Assembly (NCBI GenBank): GCA_902797685.1
Contig: CADBTQ010000089.1
Span: 2,187-66,186 of the forward strand
Origin: an uncultured Eubacteriales bacterium
GTDB taxonomy: Bacteria > Bacillota > Clostridia > Christensenellales > CAG-1252
Direction of reading: 5' to 3'
Length of the DNA stretch: 64,000 nt
In this document: one piece after another, positions 42,001-48,000 of the stretch
Numbering within the stretch: the stretch's first letter is position 1
How the letters are laid out: every line of letters starts with the position of its first letter
Position numbers and translations under genes: made by a program
The notes under the pieces: model-generated
The model's database searches: none
What the model saw: the letters and a program-made list of their open reading frames with translations, nothing else
Told to the model about the DNA's origin: nothing

Positions 42001-45000
42001 CGATACCCGACAAAGTCAAAGTCGCTATGGTCTTGAGGCTACCGTCATACGAGGGCGAAGCGGTCACCCACGACGCCGTGATCTCTTTGGCGTTGATGGT
42101 GAGGGTCGCTTCGGTCTGGGCAAACGAATAGTCGTTGACGTCGGCGTAAGTGCCGCTTACCCCGTACACCGTGCTGACCGTCAATTTGTAGGTGCCCACG
42201 TTGGTCGCGCCAAATTGATAGGCGTCGTTGTCCAACCAAGTATCGTTGTTGGTCCAGCCGTTGGAAGTAAAGGCCTTGTTGGCGCTGTAAGTCAAACGTA
42301 CTTTGTTGCCACCGACAAGCCCCGCCACCGTGACGGAAAGGTTTTGTTGCGCACCCGTATAGGTCACCGTCTTGTCGCTCATCGTCAGGGTCAACGCCGC
42401 TTTGGCAATCGAGAAGTTGGACGTGGCGCTACCGCTTAGCGTGTAGTTGGCCGTATCGTTGACGGCAAGCGAAATGGTATAGTACCCCGCCTTGCCCGCT
42501 TGATAGTTGATCGTGATCTTGCCCGCAGAGTCGGCAGTGTAACTATTGCTGCCCGAAGGAGTTATACCCGTATTCGACAAAGAGGTATTGCGAGTGGTAT
42601 CGGTATAACTTGCCACGGTACTCGTCAATCCCAGCGCGTTGCTCGGTATGGCGCCCGTCACGGTGAGGGTGCGCCCCGTCTGCAGTGCGGCGTTGTAAGT
42701 CAAAGTCACGTCGTCGGACCAACTCAACGTCAGCTGGCGTTTGTTGATGGTCAAGGTCGCGCTCTTGGCAGTCAGGTTATAATTCTCTTTGCGCGCTTGT
42801 CCGCCGACTATGGCATTGAGGGCGGTCACATTGACGGTGTACGTCCCCGCGTTGGTCGCTCCGAACTTGTAGGCGGTGTTGTTAGTCACTTGGGTGGAAT
42901 TGCTTGCGATCTCTTTGGTAACAAACGTACTGCCCGTATTGGTAATGGTCAACTTGGCTTTTTCACTGCCCTGCAGACCGCCGATACTTACGGTCACGTT
43001 GTGCGCTTGTCCGTCATAATCGACGGCAACGTTTGCCATCGTCAAAGTAAGGGTGCGTTTGCCTATCGTCCAATTGGCGGATTTGGAGCCTCCCAAGGTA
43101 TAGTTGGGCATATTGTCAAGATCGATCGCCACCTCGTAATACCCCGCCCAGATCGCGGTGTACGCTTGGCTGCGCGAAACGGCGCCGCTTGCTAACGTCA
43201 ACGAGGCGGCGGTGGGCGTCAAGCCGCTCCCGGAAAGAGCGGTACCCTTGCCGCTGTCGGTGTAAGCGGAAGCGGTGTTGGTCAAAGTAAGGTTTTCGCC
43301 CGCCACCATACCCGTGACGGTAAGGGTGCGGCCTTGTCCCGCGCCCGTATAAGTCAAGGTATTTGCCGCGCTCCAGGAGGCGGTCAAAGCCTTTTTGTTG
43401 ATCGTCAAAGTCGCGCTCTTGGCGGTCAAGGTATAATTCTCCTTGCGCGCTTGCCCGCCGACTATGGCGTTGAGGGCGGTCACGTTGACGGTGTACGTCC
43501 CCGCGTTGGTCGCTCCGAACTTGTAGGCGGTGTTGTTAGTCACCTGGGTGGAATTGCTTGCAATCTCTTTGGTAACAAACGTACTGCCCGTATTGGTAAT
43601 GGTCAACTTGGCTTTTTCACTGCCTTGCAGCCCGTTGATACGGATCGTCACTTCGTGCTGTTCGCCGTCGTAGTCGACCGTCAACGAATCCATCGTCAAA
43701 GTAAGGGTACGCGTTGCGATGGTAAAGCTACCGGGCTTTACGCTCGTCATACGATAGTTCGCGCTACTAAGGCTGACGGTCGCGTCGTACGTCCCCGCGT
43801 TGACGCCCACCACGCGCACGGTCAAAGTGCCGGTCGCGTTGGCGCCGGGTCTTGCGTACTGCATCGTGCCCGCCGAAGTCGTCAACACAAAGCTTTGGCT
43901 ATCGCGCACGTAAATGGCGTTGGTGCTTTCCGAGGCGATATTCGCTTTGGTCGAGGCAAAGTGCTTGACCGTAACGGTCGCCTTTTTGCCCATGGGGTCG
44001 GCATTGTAGGTATAAGAAGACCCCGAAGCAAAATAATCGCTCCAAGCACTCAACGTCACGGTCTTGGGGGTAATGGACCACGCTCTTGTGGGATTGGACA
44101 ACACAAAACCGCTGTCCTCGGCAAGAGACGCCGAAATACTATAGTCTTTGGCGTCGATCCCTGTATTGTTGGTCAGAGTGATCGTGCCCAAATCGCCGAC
44201 CGACAGGCTGCGGCCGCTGTTGTCGTCGTACGCCACCGCGCTGACCGCGAGGGTGTAGGTCACCCCGCCGTACGGCAGAGCGATGGTCTCGGTACCGTTG
44301 TAGGTACCCCAAGTCACGGTCTGACTGCTACTATTGAGATAAGTGACCGTCCAGCCGGTGATCTTGGCGACGTTTTGGTAGATGTCAAATTCCAACATAT
44401 TGTTGGAAGGCAAGGTATAGTTGGGATTGCTGACCGCCGTAAAGCTACAAACGTAGGTCGCGCAGGTAGTCTTGTAAAACTCCACGACGAGGCCGGCTGC
44501 GCCCGAGATGGTCAAAGGATTGGGTGTAGAGTTGTTGCCCGCGGTCAAGGTCACGCTATCGCCCGCGAACACGCCGCTGACCGTGGCGCGCAAGCCCTGG
44601 GTGTATTGAGTGCCGTCCGCCTTTTTGGCGACATATTGGAAGCCCAAATGATTGCCGTCCCCGTCCAAACCGCTTTGGTTGGAAGTCACCGTCGTATACG
44701 TTGTGCTATCGCAGTAACCTCTTGCCCAAGAGATGGTCAAAGGTTTGGGCTCGATCTTCCACTCGGCGCTGGCGGCGTCGCCCGTGTAGTTGGACGCGCT
44801 CTCCCCTTTTGCCGTGGCGCCCGAAGCAAACAGCAGCCCATCGTCTCCCGAGAAGTTGGTACCCATGGGATTGGAGAGCGCGACTTTGTAGGTGGCAACG
44901 TTAGTCCCCAAAAAGTAGTACCCCGAAGTACCCAACCGAGTACCGCGACTGGAAGCGCTCGTGCGCTTGTTCAATGCGGAAGAGGTGGTCGTGGTCGTGC

Positions 45001-48000
45001 CGTAATAGGCGCAGCCCGTCAACGTCACGGTATCGAAGTCCACCGTGTCTTTGGTACTCGTGCCGGGCAGGTTGAGCAGTCCGCTGATGGTCATCTTTTT
45101 GCCCATCAGTCCCTTGTTGTACACGAATTCGCTGCCCGAGGCAAAATAGTTGACGTCAAAATTGTACATCAACGTCTTGGGCGTCACCGTCCAAGTGATC
45201 GGCTTGCTTTGGTAAGCGGATTGCGCCAAAGAGCCGGCCAACACGTAGTTACTATCGGGTTTGAGATAGATGACCACGCTATAGGAGCCGACGTCCATCT
45301 TTTTGAGGTGGAGCGTATTGGTAGAAGACGTCACGGTAGCGGGCGTGTACGTATTGCCGCTGATACGCCCCAGCTGCTTGGTGCAGGCACTATCGTAATA
45401 GGCAGTCATAGCACCCGCGCCCGACAGCAAGCCCGTCACGGTCACCGTATGGCCCCGCCAATCCGCGGTGTAATCGAACGCTTCGCCGTTTTGACCCGTC
45501 AAAGACAACGTCACCGACTTGGGGGTGATACGGAACAAACCGTAGACGTAACCCGTGCCGTTGGCGATACCGATATCCGTGCCGTAGAGGGTATTGTATT
45601 CGTTGATATATTGCGCCGTATTGTCACCGGTGGAACGGGGACCCGCCGCAAAAGAAAACACGCCCGTCGAGGTCTCTTCGGGAGTGACGGCGGGATAACT
45701 GTTGTGCGTCAGGCTGCCGCCTTGCTGCAAACCGCTCACGTCAAAATTGTAGTTATTTTTATACACCGCCAACAAATTGTTGACGTTGTAGGTCACCGAA
45801 TAAAACCCGGTATCTTCGCCCGAGGTACGGGACAGCACGTTGGCGCTGGCAAAACCGCCCGTATCGACCGCGCTCACGTAGGTGCCGTTTTCCACCAAAC
45901 CCACGACGCTGACCGCCCAAGTCGAATTGGTCGCACTCGCCTGGGTCTTGTAAGGATCGGTAGCGACGGAGGAGGGGTCGGTAAAGCTGACCACCCGCTT
46001 GACGTAACTGGCAGAATCGTTTTCGGCGCCCGAACCGTCCGCCTTGCCGTACTCTTTGCTGACGCTCCATACGTAGATATCCGCGTCAATGGGGGTGATG
46101 GTATAGGTGATACTGGTGGTCTCCAACTTTTGCTTGTTGGTAGAGGTGGTATCCACCCAATAGTAATTGGTATTGGCGGTATCCGCCGTGCCGGAGCAGG
46201 TCAACAGTACGCTGGTGATGGCGTACGTCCCCGCGTTGCGGATTTCGGTGCTAAAACCGGTACCCGAGGTAAAGCCGCTGTAGCGGGGGGTATACGAGTG
46301 ACCCGGCGAACCCAGTATCAGTCCCTTGGTAGTACCGTAGTAGCTGACCCCCTTGTTGTATTCGGCATTAAACGCCCCCGTCTCGAATCCGTCGGCGACC
46401 GACACGGTCAAGAGGGCGATCAAACCGCTGGTAGTACCGTCGTACCGGCGGCTGTTGGTGCCAAACCTCGCCGTCAACCCGATGGGATTGATGGTCGGTT
46501 GGATGTTGATGGAAGGCGTGCCGTTGGTGACCAAGGTCACGTTACCGCTGGTGTAGGACACCGAGGTCGTCAAGGTGTAAGCGGTCGCCAACTTGGCGAT
46601 CTTGGTAGTCCCGATATAGTAATAGCACGCCTCGTCCACGTCAAACAGAGCGTGAGGGTATTGGGTGTTGTTTTGGAAAGAGACCGCGTTACCGCCGTTT
46701 TTCCAAGTCCAGGTGATATCGCTCGTATTGGCGATGGCGTGGCTGAAAGTCACGCAGTTGTCGAGGTAAAAAGGCGTGCCGTACGATACTTGGGTATCCG
46801 CATACGCCGTCTTGGTGACGGTGGCGGCTTTCAAGGTGTGTTTGAGATAATAAACCGTAGAGGACTGCGTCGTATTGGCGGCTATAGACGAGGACGTACT
46901 ACCCGAACACGTAGCCGCCGTATACCAAGCGTTGGTGTCAAAACCCGCTATGGGGTTAAACTGGGTCAGATCGTCCTGGTAGTTGCTGTTGCGCCCGCCC
47001 GGATTGGCGTTCATGCTCGACAGAGTCAAGCCGCCCGTGTAGGTGCGCACGTAGGGCGCGCGCACCAATTTGAAAGAAGCGGTCCCGCTGTTGGCACCGA
47101 AGTAGACGTCCCAAGCGTTGACTTGGTAGTTTGCCTCTTTCCAAATGGCGTAATAGGTCGTGCCCGTCTGACTGGCGGCGCCGGACACGGGCGTGCCGCT
47201 CGTGCTGGCGCTCCAACCGACGAAGTAATACCCCGTCCTCGTCCAATAGGTCGCCGTAGGCATGGTAAAGCTTTGGGTGGAACTCGTCTTATAGAAGGTG
47301 ACGGCGCTACCCGACGCACCGTTGGGGTTGAATGTTAACGTTTGTTTATTCGTGGTCGTGCCTCGTGTGATATTAAACGTCGGCGTTACCGAGGTCGTAC
47401 TCCAATGATATGAACCCGTGCCTTTATCGTGCCCATCGGTTTTGTACTGACCAACCAGTTTTAATGTAATCGAAGAGACCGTTCCGCCCGACTTACCAAT
47501 AGTAGCGGTTTTGGAAGAAGAGCTAGATTGAGTAGCGTACTTTGTACCCGAATTACCACCGCCCCACCAATTGGACCCTACTTTCGCTTCCACTTGATTT
47601 AGGCTGAATAACGTAGTATCCGACCCGCCGACATTGTAATACACAACACCCTTTGAATATGCGTAATAATCCGAGGTGTGACCGCCGGATGCGGACATAT
47701 AGCTGTCATTGTTGCCGTATACCGTTCCGATAGTGACGTTCAAAGAATAACCGTAATTAGAACTCGTGTTTGTCCAGTGTCGTAATGCACTGGGAACGGT
47801 AATACTTGTTGACTTGGCGGAACGATCTTTCCAACTGTTTGCGTCCGACTTCTCCGAATAGCTGTCGCTCATCGCGCTAAACGAGCCGGTAAAATCTACA
47901 TACTGAGCATATAGCGTTGTATTCGCCGAAACGTTAGAACCGGTAAACTCCATGATACGAGTTCCGCCGCTCGTCGCCGTATACCAACCGGAGAAAATCT

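Noticed and set aside
34370-42439. Plus-strand ORFs 34370..35770, 35861..36769, 37265..39214, 39860..40861 and 41498..42439.
   Set aside because: All are antisense shadow ORFs within the giant gene. They are arginine-rich and have no start context.
43334-47338. 1,334-aa plus-strand ORF, the largest of many long plus-strand ORFs inside 15-50 kb.
   Set aside because: It is antisense to the giant minus-strand ORF. The product is R/G/V/D/H-rich low-complexity sequence with no RBS or motifs. This is a typical shadow ORF from codon bias in a GC-rich repeat gene.
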